A DNA stretch of 64,000 bases, taken from positions 192,001 to 256,000 of the forward strand of contig CAWJRG010000001.1 of the NCBI GenBank assembly GCA_963845185.1, read 5' to 3'. The position numbers and the translations under genes were made by a program. The notes beneath the pieces are model-generated. The model did not search any database, had not been told where the DNA came from, and saw only the letters and a program-made list of their open reading frames with translations. Origin of the DNA: an uncultured bacterium. Its GTDB lineage: Bacteria; Oederibacteriota; PGYV01; CAWJRG01. Shown here one piece after another: positions 41,948-51,955 of this stretch. Position 1 is the first letter of the stretch. Every line of letters begins with the position of its first letter.

Positions 41948-42013
41948 CATGGCGTGTCTCTACATTATCGCAATGCATTAGCAATCCATAAACGATATGT
42001 CCAGCACCTCTGT

Positions 42014-42571
42014 TTAAAAATCCTTTTCCCGCATTTTTATTTTATCAGGATGGTATTCGTCTATATCCCATTTAATAACATTATTGGCAATATATTCCCT
42101 GATTTTGTTCAGCGAATTCTCGTTACGGATGATGTGGTCGTAATAAAGCCTTTGCCATCCAAAATTTTTGTAATTATTCTTTGCTGCCCAGCGTTTAACA
42201 GAAGATTTGAATTGCCCGATAATTGCCGCCAGCGAGCCTTTTACAGGCCTTAAAAAATCATTATTTAATTGTAGAGACACGCCATGGCGTGTCTCTACTT
42301 TATTTTTTATTTTAATAATTCCGTGCATATGGTTTGGCATTATAATAAATTTATCTATATCAACATTCCCAAAATGTACCGGTATTTCTTTCCAGTATTT
42401 TTCAGCCGTTTCCCCTATTACTGATAATTTTACTTTCCAATCTTCTACCTTTCCAAAATATTCCTTATGATTCCTGCAGCATATCGTCACAAAATAATAT
42501 CCAAAAGCAGAATAATCCCATGATTTTAACCGCGCTGTATCAATACGGAATTTATTTTTAAACAATTCCAT
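42014..42571 (-). CDS. REP-associated tyrosine transposase (RAYT, Y1/HUH family)
   Basis: RL..WDYS..GYYFVTIC, IMPNHMHGII (HUH), FKS, WQR.YYDHIIR, Y in REYIANN; start re-placed at ATG 42571. Confidence 0.88.
   Translation of the reverse strand: MELFKNKFRIDTARLKSWDYSAFGYYFVTICCRNHKEYFGKVEDWKVKLSVIGETAEKYWKEIPVHFGNVDIDKFIIMPNHMHGIIKIKNKVETRHGVSLQLNNDFLRPVKGSLAAIIGQFKSSVKRWAAKNNYKNFGWQRLYYDHIIRNENSLNKIREYIANNVIKWDIDEYHPDKIKMREKDF
42271..42298. repeat. Perfect REP palindrome inside the RAYT ORF
   Basis: Identical to 38569..38596; read in frame as VETRHGVSL. Confidence 0.9.
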
Positions 42572-42598
42572 TGATATACCCCTGATTATAATATCATC

Positions 42599-42626
42599 GT
42601 AGAGACACGCCATGGCGTGTTTCTAC
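42599..42626. repeat. REP palindrome upstream of RAYT (1 mismatch)
   Basis: GTAGAGACACGCCATGGCGTGTtTCTAC. Confidence 0.88.
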
Positions 42627-42635
42627 CTTAAAAAC

Positions 42636-43913
42636 CTACTCCACCTTCAGCAATTTTACCAAAAACAAGCTTAAATCCGGCACATAGGTAATAATCATCA
42701 GGCCTATAATAAGCATCATTAAGAAAGGCAAAGCTGACTTGGCAAGCGTCAGCACAGGTTTCCTGAACCTGAAGCTCGCGATAAATAAATTGATGCCCGC
42801 AGGCGGCGCCGAATACCCTATTTCAAGGTTTGTCAAAAATATTATTGCCATATGCACAGGGTCTATGCCGAATTGTACGGCTATGGGCACTATAAGGGGA
42901 AGTACGACTACCATTGCTGAGAAAACGTCCAGAACCGCCCCTACTATTATTAAAAACACATTTAAAATCAGCAGGAACGCGACCTTGCTGTGGATAAAAT
43001 GTTTCATCCAGTCGAGTATTTTCATGGGTACCTGCGCATCCACGAGGTAATTGGTCAGGCCCATTGCCGAGCCGAGTATGACAAATATGCCTCCCACAAT
43101 TATCATGCTTGCCCTGATGATGCGGGGAACATCGTGCCTTATGTTCAGGTCCCTGTAAATGAAAACCTCTATTATAAAAGCATAAAGCGCGGTCAGTACA
43201 GCAGCCTCTGATGCGGTAAATTTCCCGCTGTAAATCCCAAATAAAACCACAAAAGGGAGCGGTATTTCCCATATTGCGCCCTTAAAAGCCTGCCATAATT
43301 TGCTCCAGGAAAATGCCTCGGTGTTTTGTATCCTGTTCCCTTCCCTAATGGAAAGTATTGACATAAGTATTATAAGCATGATGCCGGGCAAAATACCGGC
43401 GACAAATAATTTGGTTATGCTTACTTTTGCTATTACGCCGTATAAAATTATAAGGAGACTCGGCGCGAACAGCAGCCCCAGGCTTCCTGAAGTCGTCAGC
43501 AGGCCGAGTGAAAATTTCTCCGAGTACCTGTCCTTTAAAAGCATCGGGAATAAAATCCCTCCCATGGCTATAATGGTAACGCCGGAAGCGCCTGAAAAAG
43601 AAGTAAAGAACGCGCATACAATCAGCGCAACTATTGCAGTGCCGCCCTTAAACCATCCTGCAAGCGCCCTTATAAAGTTTATGAGCCTCCGGGGCGTGCC
43701 GCTGTCTGCCATCAAATACCCGGCAAAGGTAAAAAGCGGTATTGCTATCAGAACCGACGATGTCGCTATCCTGCTTATTTCTATGATTACCGCCGACATA
43801 TCTATCCCTGCAAGCATAAAAAGAATCAGGGCCAGCCCTCCAAATACCACAAACAATGGCGTGCCTATGACTGCCAGAGAGATTATTAGGATCCCCACAA
43901 TTATAGCTGTCAT
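42636..43913 (-). CDS. dctM: TRAP transporter large permease
   Basis: LIAIPLFTFAG, FSGASG, GSLGLL.APS, FTASEAA, GIDPVH, PPAGINLF. Confidence 0.92.
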   Translation of the reverse strand: MTAIIVGILIISLAVIGTPLFVVFGGLALILFMLAGIDMSAVIIEISRIATSSVLIAIPLFTFAGYLMADSGTPRRLINFIRALAGWFKGGTAIVALIVCAFFTSFSGASGVTIIAMGGILFPMLLKDRYSEKFSLGLLTTSGSLGLLFAPSLLIILYGVIAKVSITKLFVAGILPGIMLIILMSILSIREGNRIQNTEAFSWSKLWQAFKGAIWEIPLPFVVLFGIYSGKFTASEAAVLTALYAFIIEVFIYRDLNIRHDVPRIIRASMIIVGGIFVILGSAMGLTNYLVDAQVPMKILDWMKHFIHSKVAFLLILNVFLIIVGAVLDVFSAMVVVLPLIVPIAVQFGIDPVHMAIIFLTNLEIGYSAPPAGINLFIASFRFRKPVLTLAKSALPFLMMLIIGLMIITYVPDLSLFLVKLLKVE

Positions 43914-44401
43914 TTTCTGCGTCCCGCGGCCATGCAGGTAATTGCTTCAATCGCGCGCTGCAAAAACATCAGGCCCATGAAAATAAATGTCATTGGTATT
44001 ATTGATTCCATAATCCATATCGGCACAAAAAATACTTTTGTGGTATCGGAAATTTCATTGATTATAAAGCTTACCGCGGCCCACGACATAAAAACCATAA
44101 TTATAAAAGAGGCCGTGTTTATTATAAGGTTTACGAGGTTTTCATTGATTTTTTTCAGCTGTTTTGACACTACATCAAGGTTTATGTGCCTCTTCTTAAA
44201 CGTGGCCAGTGCCGCTCCCAGAAACGCCACCCACAAGACCATGTACCTGGTAAAAATATCTGCGCTGGTGAACCCGCTTTTAAAAAACAAGCGCAAAATA
44301 ACCTGGAGGGACGAAAAAAGGAACAGGGCTCCGAAGAGGATTACAATGAGGATTTTTTGAAACTTATATAATATATAGTTTAATCTTCTTAAAAATTTCA
44401 C
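43910..44401 (-). CDS. dctQ: TRAP transporter small permease
   Basis: Four TM helices, QVILR, W..FLGA..A....HI..D. Confidence 0.88.
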   Translation of the reverse strand: MKFLRRLNYILYKFQKILIVILFGALFLFSSLQVILRLFFKSGFTSADIFTRYMVLWVAFLGAALATFKKRHINLDVVSKQLKKINENLVNLIINTASFIIMVFMSWAAVSFIINEISDTTKVFFVPIWIMESIIPMTFIFMGLMFLQRAIEAITCMAAGRRK

Positions 44402-45429
44402 TTTGTTGTTTTTTCCTTTTCGGCAGGTTTAATTTTCCTTGCCTCAGCCAGGTACTTAAGCATGTCGTCGAGCATTTTTTGAGTGTAAAACTTTCCCACG
44501 AGCTGCTGCGCCGTTTTAATGCTTACGTCCTCGAAAATTTTCGAGTCATCATTGCTGTTTATACGGGTAAAAACTACGCCGTTTTTCTTTTCCAGGGCAG
44601 TAAGCGCTTCCGCGTTTTCCTTCCTGGAAAGCTGTGTGAGTTTGTCTAAATACTTTTTCGCGCAATCCTTTATTATTTTCTGGTAATCCGCCGGTATTTT
44701 ATCCCAGTCCTGCTTGTTTATAAGCACTCCGCCCGGTACGTTTGCTATTTTCAGATCCAGCATATATTTAATCTTAGTGCTCCACTGCATAGCTATGGCT
44801 GACAGGGGCGAACAGTAAACACCCTCTATCAGGCCGGTCTGAAGCGACTGCATGACGTCTATAAGCGACAACGGTATCGGCGATATGTTTAAATTCTTAA
44901 AAAGCGTGTTCACGAGTATATCGTCTCCCCATATCCACATTTTAAGGTTCTGGAAGTCCTTTAAAGACTCTATTTTTTTTGTTGAAAAGACATATACAAA
45001 CCCCACTTCGGGCCATCCGAGCACTACAAAGCCCTTTTGCGTGAATTTTTCCTCCAGTATCGGCGTAATTTTTTTCATTACATAATCAATTTCGCTGTAG
45101 TTTTTAAAAAGCATGGGCAGGTTTAATATTCTCACTTCGCTTACTATATCTCCAAGTCCCTGCGAGGTAAACCCGGCCGCGTGTATCTGGTTTATCTTCA
45201 TTTTTCTTAGAACATCGTTTTCGTCCCCGCTAACCCCGCCAGGGTAAAACTGGAATTTTACGGCCCCGTTGGTTTTTTCAACAACTTCATTGTTCATGTC
45301 TTCCATCACGTTCATCCACGTTGACCCTTCAGGCGCGACAGACGCGAATTTTATTATATATTTCGCGTCAGCGTTAATAAATGCAGTCATAAATAATAAA
45401 CTCAATAAAATTATGGCCAATTTTTTCAT
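44398..45429 (-). CDS. dctP: TRAP substrate-binding protein (TPAT-type)
   Basis: IKFASVAPEGSTW, YPGGVSGDE, LQTGLI. Confidence 0.9.
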   Translation of the reverse strand: MKKLAIILLSLLFMTAFINADAKYIIKFASVAPEGSTWMNVMEDMNNEVVEKTNGAVKFQFYPGGVSGDENDVLRKMKINQIHAAGFTSQGLGDIVSEVRILNLPMLFKNYSEIDYVMKKITPILEEKFTQKGFVVLGWPEVGFVYVFSTKKIESLKDFQNLKMWIWGDDILVNTLFKNLNISPIPLSLIDVMQSLQTGLIEGVYCSPLSAIAMQWSTKIKYMLDLKIANVPGGVLINKQDWDKIPADYQKIIKDCAKKYLDKLTQLSRKENAEALTALEKKNGVVFTRINSNDDSKIFEDVSIKTAQQLVGKFYTQKMLDDMLKYLAEARKIKPAEKEKTTK

Positions 45430-45470
45430 CTTGTCCTCCTGTTAAAATTGAAAATTGACAATTGTTAATT

Positions 45471-46373
45471 TTAAAAATAGTCCTTCATCTTTTGTTCCAG
45501 TATTTCCGCTTTCTTTTTTGCCATCAGGGTAAATAAATTTTCCGGGATTATATCGTCCCTCGTCGCCCTAATGGATGCTATTAAATCTTCAAATAATTTT
45601 TTGTCCTGCTGCCCTACGGCGTAATACTTCGCCATATAAAAGTCCGCCAGTATGAATTTACCGCCGGATATTTCCTTTTCCTTTTCATATTCCTTCCGGG
45701 CTTTGTCAAAGTCCCCACCGAACATTTTCGGCATGCTGTAGTACGCTATCATAAAGACATGAGGTATACCGTAAAAATATCTGTCGTCGAGCTCTATAAC
45801 CCTGTCTATAAGTGCCTTTGCCCTGGGAAGGTCAGCCACATCCTCCGGCGAATCCTTGCTTAAATTAATATAGCTGCTCCAGGCAAAAGCCGTCCAAAAA
45901 AGCGTTTCCACGTCATCTTTGTTAAAAGCAATCATCATTTTTTGAAACGACTCAAGGTCGCTGCCCTGCTCAATCATTTTTTTGAAATCGTTGTTCTTTT
46001 CAAGAACTGCCATGCCGTAATTTTTTGCCCTTTTATAAAAATTTTTTGCGCGGGCCGTATTTTCCCTGTCTTTCTTCATGTCCATTGTGGCGTCTTCCAG
46101 ATAACCCATGGCGTACATGGAGTAAAGTTTGCATCCTTTTAAAAGCAAGCCCTCGTTTTCATACCCGGATGCCTGTATAAGCCCGTCCAGCAGCTTAAGG
46201 TTCGCCGGTATTGCTTCGCCGGCAAAATCAAGGTCGTTTTCCTGAAAAAAAGAATTTGCAACGTCATCCATGAATAAACCGGTTGTGTTTACAACTGTCT
46301 TTTTTAGGGAGCAGCCCGAAAGCACTATAACCACTGCGCCGAAAACAGCCATTATTTTTTTATTTATAAGCAT
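45471..46373 (-). CDS. tatT: TatT lipoprotein of a TPAT transporter
   Basis: Lipobox LSGC, E.D....AIP..LK, RA...Y.RA, LFWTA..W, FGGD..KA; directly upstream of dctP. Confidence 0.8.
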   Translation of the reverse strand: MLINKKIMAVFGAVVIVLSGCSLKKTVVNTTGLFMDDVANSFFQENDLDFAGEAIPANLKLLDGLIQASGYENEGLLLKGCKLYSMYAMGYLEDATMDMKKDRENTARAKNFYKRAKNYGMAVLEKNNDFKKMIEQGSDLESFQKMMIAFNKDDVETLFWTAFAWSSYINLSKDSPEDVADLPRAKALIDRVIELDDRYFYGIPHVFMIAYYSMPKMFGGDFDKARKEYEKEKEISGGKFILADFYMAKYYAVGQQDKKLFEDLIASIRATRDDIIPENLFTLMAKKKAEILEQKMKDYF

Positions 46374-47091
46374 TTAATCCCTCCGGCGGTTCTTTTTCAT
46401 CCGCAGTTTCACTCAGTTCTTTCTCCTTATACAGCTTGTAGCCCACAAGCTCAGCGTGATGATTTTTCGTATCGCTGTAGGCATAACCTGTATTTTTACC
46501 GTACCAGTAATTTTCCTGGTAAAATCCTTTGCCGTCACCCTCGTCAATCATTACCGATATATGGCAGGTATCGATAGTTCCCGCGGCAGTTGTTATCTTT
46601 TCATACCCCACGCATTCAAACCTGGATTCTATGTTCCGCGTTATTTTAAAAAACTTAAAAATAAGCGCGTCTGCCTTGCCTTTTACATCCCACTTATCGC
46701 CTGCTTTCAAAGGGAATTTCATTATCTGCACTTCAGGCGTAAAATCGACATATACCGAAAAATTAAATATCGGGAATGGGTATTTCATCGACTTCATGTA
46801 CACTCCGGTCTCGTCTTTCCTCATAAGATACCTGATATCCACGCTGGGCGCGTAAAAATAATAGTATTCTTTGCCGTCCCTTTCTTCAATGCGTATTACC
46901 TGGGCTTTCACATTAAGGAGTTTGTCCTTATTGGATTGCTTATATGCCTTGAGGTACCATGTATTATTTAACTGCATAGGGTAATAAAGTCCGGACTCGT
47001 CTTGCAGCCCGGAATTTTTACTGCCTTTTTTCGCAGGCAAATATGCTGTTAACATTACAAAAATAATTACTAAAACAATAAATCTTTTCAA
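46360..47091 (-). CDS. Secreted hypothetical protein
   Basis: Signal peptide; YYPM..NNTW.., FPLKAGDKW, E.IT..AGT.D motif like DUF3108 relatives. Confidence 0.6.
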   Translation of the reverse strand: MKRFIVLVIIFVMLTAYLPAKKGSKNSGLQDESGLYYPMQLNNTWYLKAYKQSNKDKLLNVKAQVIRIEERDGKEYYYFYAPSVDIRYLMRKDETGVYMKSMKYPFPIFNFSVYVDFTPEVQIMKFPLKAGDKWDVKGKADALIFKFFKITRNIESRFECVGYEKITTAAGTIDTCHISVMIDEGDGKGFYQENYWYGKNTGYAYSDTKNHHAELVGYKLYKEKELSETADEKEPPEGLNAYK

Positions 47092-47221
47092 AATTTCACC
47101 CTTTAATAAAGTTATTAATTGCTGTCTGAAACTTGCAATTTAAATCGCAATATAAGTAAGAATATCATATTAGGAATATTGTGTCAATGTGAGGATGGAC
47201 CAAGTTGATTCCCGGATATTT

Positions 47222-50200
47222 TTACAAAATGCTTTTCAGCTTATTATGTATCCTGTCCGCCTGCATCATAAAAATCTCAAGCCTGGATTGTATGACCGGG
47301 GGGTACGGATTGCCGTCGGTTTCAATGTGCAGGTAAGGAAGGTGTTTTATGCTGTTTTCGTATTTATGCCATCCATTGCCGTTGTCCGCGTTTTCAGCGC
47401 TTTTTAACTTGCCGCCCAGTGTCATTTCTTTGCTTAATATCGCCTCGCTAAGCCTGCTCGGCATGCAGTTAAAAGGCCCTATTGATATTACACCGCACGC
47501 CTCGTCAAGTATTTCGCGCATCGCAAGACCCGTGGTAAGTATGCCCTCTCCAAGCAGTTTTCTGGAAATCAAATGGCTCGAGTGCTCTATTGTTTTTTCT
47601 ATTTCAATTGTATTTTCCATGCTAAGCCCTGATTTAGCCATGATATTTTTTAATCTTTTCTCAAGCCAGCGCTCCACACTATCGGTAAAACCTGCCTTTA
47701 AACCTTGCAAAAACGTTTCTTTTCTTAATCCGTTTTTCGACAGGTAATTGCAGTAAAAAATGTATTCCGCCACGGGTGCAGTCCTGACGACAAAACCATT
47801 GTCCGCCAGGGTTTTTAAAAGTCCAAGTTTTGAAAATTCTTCCTTTCTTATATAAATCTCCCCTACAAGTGATATTGTTTTCGCATTTTTCAGTGTATGC
47901 GTTAATTCTATCTGCGAGAGCCTGGCCGCGCTCTTTTTTGCGCTGTTCATAACTCCGGTGATTTTGCCGTTCTCTATGCTTTTCAGTATTTGCTCCCATT
48001 CAATATTCAGGATGCGAATCGCGGACTCCCTGTCAACAGCCATGGCCATAAGGGCGTTTTCAATATCCTGAAAAACATCCGAAAGCACTATACCTGCCCA
48101 AGTCATAACAAAATATTTTTTCCCAAGCCCCCTGTATGAATTCTCATCGTTGAGCGAAAATATTCCTGTATTTTTCAGCCCCAGTTCCCTGATTAAATCC
48201 TTTATGGCGACATAATATTGCCCCTGCCTGCACGGGCCTGTGCTTTTCGGCATAAAAAAAAGGATTTTTTTGTCCGGATTTCTGTTTTCCTTCATATATT
48301 CTATCATGGACCCTGCCGTCAACATAAAAGGCAGGCATTCCTTGCACGAAGAATGCGCCCTGCCGTATTTCAGGGTCTTTTCCGTAGGCACAGGCATGGG
48401 CTTCGCGTTTATTCCTATTGCCCTGAAACTCGCGGCCAGCGCGCCGGTACCGAACCTGCCCATGGACGGTATTAAAAGCTCAACTTCTTGCGAATTTATC
48501 TTGTGTTCCATTGCCTCGTTACCAATTACATAAAGCCCGTCTTTGCGGCTTTTTACCTCGAGCGGAATGCAGTTTTTCTTTTCCAGCGCTCCTGATGCGC
48601 CGTGTTTTTGTATTTCCCTGTAATTTATTATTATATCCATTGCAGCCTCGACTCTTGTCTCAATACCCACGTCCGCTGAATGGCTGTCAAGCTCCAGCGT
48701 CAGCGACGGCTTTTCTCCCATAATCCGCCTGAAATAAGGCACAATAAAAGAATCCGGGCCGCAGGAAAAATTGGTGATATATGCCCCGAAAAGCTGCGGA
48801 TGCTTTTTTACAAAACGCGCGCTTTGCAGGATATGCTGCCCAGCATGCCAGTACATATGCTCATAAGATTCCCTACTGTCGTCTGTTGCCAGAAAATCAA
48901 ACGGAATAACAGTAAAACCTTTTGACGCGATTTTTTCAGGTATGCTTAAGTTCGTTTCCCTGGCAAAAGCGTTATAGGACCTGCCGAATAATACCACCGC
49001 AAACTTATTTTTATCAGCCTCGACATTTTTAATTGCCTGCCTGCCGTATTCTTTAAACTCTGCGAGCATCCGGTCGTACTGTAAATTCGCGAACTTGAAT
49101 GCCTGCCTTGCTTCCTCAACGCTCTTTCCAAGGCCTTTGGCAACATCTATAAATACTTTTTCTATTTCGACGCTATCCCGGGAAAAATCAATAACCGGCG
49201 TTATTATTTGCGGCATCTTTTCGTCTGAAAACGCCGATTTAAGCAAATAACTTTCTCCCTGAACAAAAACGCATGTGCGTTTGTATTTATTCTCCTTTTG
49301 GCCGTGCATCTCGGTTACGTGCGGCAGGAAAATATAGTCTGGCTTTTTGTCCAGCAGCCCCATAAAAAAACCGTGCGACACCTCTACAGGAAAACAAAAA
49401 GACGACTGCATGTTTTCTGCTGTGTCTTTCTTCATCACGTCCGGCAAAACGACTTTAAACCCCAGTTTTGCAAAAAAATTATAATAAAGGGGGTAAAAGG
49501 TATTAACCAGCAGGCTTTTGTTTATTCCTATGGTTTTTCCGTTGCCATTTGGATATGAAACGTATTTTTCAAAAACAAGATTTTGCCTGATTTTGACGTA
49601 ATCATTGTTTTCAGGCTCTTGCTTTGCTCTCATTCTCTGGTTGTAGTATTTGTCGCATGCTCCGCCGAAAGGATATTTCCTGCCGTCGATCCCTATCATG
49701 GCGACCGTGCATTTCCTGTCGCATGTTTTTTCAGCTCCGCCTGCGCATGTAAATTCCGATACGCGCTCAAATTTTCTTTGTATAAGCTCAGCGAGGCTGT
49801 AATCGGCCCTGCCCATAATGCCGTTTTTTATCCTGCCCTTGACCTCAAGCGCTGCGCCGAAAGCACCCATAAGCCCGGGTTCGGGCGGTACGATTATTTC
49901 CCTGTTGATTAGAATTGACATGGCTGCGGGTACTGCTTTGTTATAGCACACGCCGCCCTGCATAAAAATCTTCTTTCCCATTGGCCTCGCGCCCTTTACC
50001 CTGTTTATATAATTCATGCATATAGAATATACCAGTCCTGCAGTAATATCGTTTTTGCTTACGCCGGACTGGGCAGCGTTTTTAATGTCGCTTGAAATAA
50101 AGGCCGCGCACTGGTCGCTGAAATTCGGGGCTTTTTCCGCCAGCATCGCCGATTTGCCAATATCCCTGTAATCAATGTTAAGTGTCTCTTTTGCGGCTTC

Positions 50201-51502
50201 TTCCAGGAACGACCCCGTTCCTGCGGAGCAAGCCTCGTTCATGGCGTAATCGCCGGCTATGCCGCCTGTGAGGTGAGTGTATTTCGCGTCCTGTCCGCCT
50301 ATCTCGAATATTGTGTCAACGTCTTTGTCGAAATATGAAGCTGCCCTTGCATGCGCCACTATTTCATTCACTATGCCTTTGGTCAGGGCATGCAGCCCGG
50401 CTATGTGCCTGCCCGAGCCCGTTACGCCGAGGCCTGTTATTGTTATTTTTACCTTTCCTGCCTGCTTTTTTATCCTTTTATAGCATTCTAAAGCCGCCTC
50501 AACCGGGTTCCCGTTTGTCCGCAAATAGGCTGACGCAAGTATTGTATTGTCGTTTTCCCTTGTTAAAACAGCCTTTGTCGTCGTGGATCCGACATCAAGC
50601 CCGATCAGGCAAATGTCATTTTCTTTTGCCTGATCCTTTTTGATTGCTTTAAAAATAACCCTTGCCCGGCCCGCTGACAGCGGTTCCAGGAAAGTATATT
50701 GCGCAGATCCGGTCTTGAACAGCCTGTTTTTTAAAACTTTTTCTCCGTGCCTTAAGCCTGCAATGCTTGCGCCAAGCGCCTCCATATAAGCCGCTTCTTT
50801 AGGTACATATATATCCGGGTATGTTTCCCGTAAAAACCTCAGCACCCCAATGTTTTTCGAGACACCGCCGGCTATAATGATTTTTTTAGATTTTTGTTTT
50901 GATATTAGGCCGGTTATTTTATCCGCGGTCATTTTGCACAAGCCCGCTGCAACCCCGGCTTTTTCCACGCCTTTATTCAGCGCGTGTGTGCAGTCGCTTT
51001 TACAGAATACGCTGCACCTTCCTGAAAGTAAATACGGCTCGTTCTCTTTCGACAGTCTCGCTGCTCTGTCTACGCTTATGTCCATGCGCCTGGCCTGCTG
51101 GAAGAAAAATTCGCCTGTGCCTGACGCGCATTTATTGCCGGTGTATACGTTTATTATACCGCCGTCCGCGTCAAGGCAGTAAACAAAAAAATTCTCTGCC
51201 CCGAGGCTCGCGACAACTTCATATTTGCCGGCCAGCCCCAGGAATTTTATCGCTTCCTCCAGCGCGGCAGGCTCATGCATTGATTTTGTATTCAGCGTTT
51301 CCCTGAATTTCTTGCCGGTAGCCATTACCAATAAATTTCCGCAGTCATTTTTCTTGAAGTATGACGATATTATTTTTTTAGGGTTGCCGTCATGGCGCAG
51401 GGACTTTACTGACAGGATTTTTATTTTTCCATTATTTTTTTCAGCGCGCACAAAAGAAACAGTCGCCGCGCCTATGCAGATTCCGAGAGATTTTACAGAC
51501 AT
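47222..51502 (-). CDS. CoA-substrate-specific activase / 2-hydroxyacyl-CoA dehydratase activator fusion (two BcrAD-type ATPase domains plus DUF2229-like domains)
   Basis: KCASGTG, GLDVGSTTTK, EIGGQDAK, NEACSAGTG, NFSCGPD, GPCRQGQY, PFNCMP. Confidence 0.88.
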   Translation of the reverse strand: MSVKSLGICIGAATVSFVRAEKNNGKIKILSVKSLRHDGNPKKIISSYFKKNDCGNLLVMATGKKFRETLNTKSMHEPAALEEAIKFLGLAGKYEVVASLGAENFFVYCLDADGGIINVYTGNKCASGTGEFFFQQARRMDISVDRAARLSKENEPYLLSGRCSVFCKSDCTHALNKGVEKAGVAAGLCKMTADKITGLISKQKSKKIIIAGGVSKNIGVLRFLRETYPDIYVPKEAAYMEALGASIAGLRHGEKVLKNRLFKTGSAQYTFLEPLSAGRARVIFKAIKKDQAKENDICLIGLDVGSTTTKAVLTRENDNTILASAYLRTNGNPVEAALECYKRIKKQAGKVKITITGLGVTGSGRHIAGLHALTKGIVNEIVAHARAASYFDKDVDTIFEIGGQDAKYTHLTGGIAGDYAMNEACSAGTGSFLEEAAKETLNIDYRDIGKSAMLAEKAPNFSDQCAAFISSDIKNAAQSGVSKNDITAGLVYSICMNYINRVKGARPMGKKIFMQGGVCYNKAVPAAMSILINREIIVPPEPGLMGAFGAALEVKGRIKNGIMGRADYSLAELIQRKFERVSEFTCAGGAEKTCDRKCTVAMIGIDGRKYPFGGACDKYYNQRMRAKQEPENNDYVKIRQNLVFEKYVSYPNGNGKTIGINKSLLVNTFYPLYYNFFAKLGFKVVLPDVMKKDTAENMQSSFCFPVEVSHGFFMGLLDKKPDYIFLPHVTEMHGQKENKYKRTCVFVQGESYLLKSAFSDEKMPQIITPVIDFSRDSVEIEKVFIDVAKGLGKSVEEARQAFKFANLQYDRMLAEFKEYGRQAIKNVEADKNKFAVVLFGRSYNAFARETNLSIPEKIASKGFTVIPFDFLATDDSRESYEHMYWHAGQHILQSARFVKKHPQLFGAYITNFSCGPDSFIVPYFRRIMGEKPSLTLELDSHSADVGIETRVEAAMDIIINYREIQKHGASGALEKKNCIPLEVKSRKDGLYVIGNEAMEHKINSQEVELLIPSMGRFGTGALAASFRAIGINAKPMPVPTEKTLKYGRAHSSCKECLPFMLTAGSMIEYMKENRNPDKKILFFMPKSTGPCRQGQYYVAIKDLIRELGLKNTGIFSLNDENSYRGLGKKYFVMTWAGIVLSDVFQDIENALMAMAVDRESAIRILNIEWEQILKSIENGKITGVMNSAKKSAARLSQIELTHTLKNAKTISLVGEIYIRKEEFSKLGLLKTLADNGFVVRTAPVAEYIFYCNYLSKNGLRKETFLQGLKAGFTDSVERWLEKRLKNIMAKSGLSMENTIEIEKTIEHSSHLISRKLLGEGILTTGLAMREILDEACGVISIGPFNCMPSRLSEAILSKEMTLGGKLKSAENADNGNGWHKYENSIKHLPYLHIETDGNPYPPVIQSRLEIFMMQADRIHNKLKSIL

Positions 51503-51532
51503 TTTACACCTTCAACCTGTGCCGGGGCCTGC

Positions 51533-51955
51533 TCAACGCCGTTTATCCGGGATTTTCATGCTTAAAGTCAGGCCGTAGAAAATACCGAGCACCATCATTT
51601 CCAGGAGCCCTGTGCACAGTATGTAAATCATAGTGCTTTGCTGTATGTTGATAATCATGGACTGTGAAACAACATACATCAGCACCCTGAAAAACCAGGC
51701 AAGCACGCCGAAGCTTATGCCCTTTAAAAACCCGCTCTTGCCCGGCAGGCTCTGGTACAGTATCATGAATATGGCTGCCATGATAAACCCGTAAATAACA
51801 TCTATGGCTATCCCCGCTATCATATTCGGGCTTGTTCTTGCAATGGACTGGTATATAAGAAAAAGCTGCTTTGCCGCCGGGTTTGAATTTATCAGCCCGT
51901 CCATAAAAACAAACAGGAACCCTGCTATAAGGCTTACGGTCAAATATTTGATCAT
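51533..51955 (-). CDS. Four-TM membrane protein
   Basis: Hydrophobic helices; no catalytic motif. Confidence 0.7.
   Translation of the reverse strand: MIKYLTVSLIAGFLFVFMDGLINSNPAAKQLFLIYQSIARTSPNMIAGIAIDVIYGFIMAAIFMILYQSLPGKSGFLKGISFGVLAWFFRVLMYVVSQSMIINIQQSTMIYILCTGLLEMMVLGIFYGLTLSMKIPDKRR

Noticed and set aside
38569..42626. 28-bp palindromic repeats as a CRISPR array
   Set aside because: Spacing is hundreds to thousands of bp with whole genes in between, there are no cas genes, and a RAYT is adjacent
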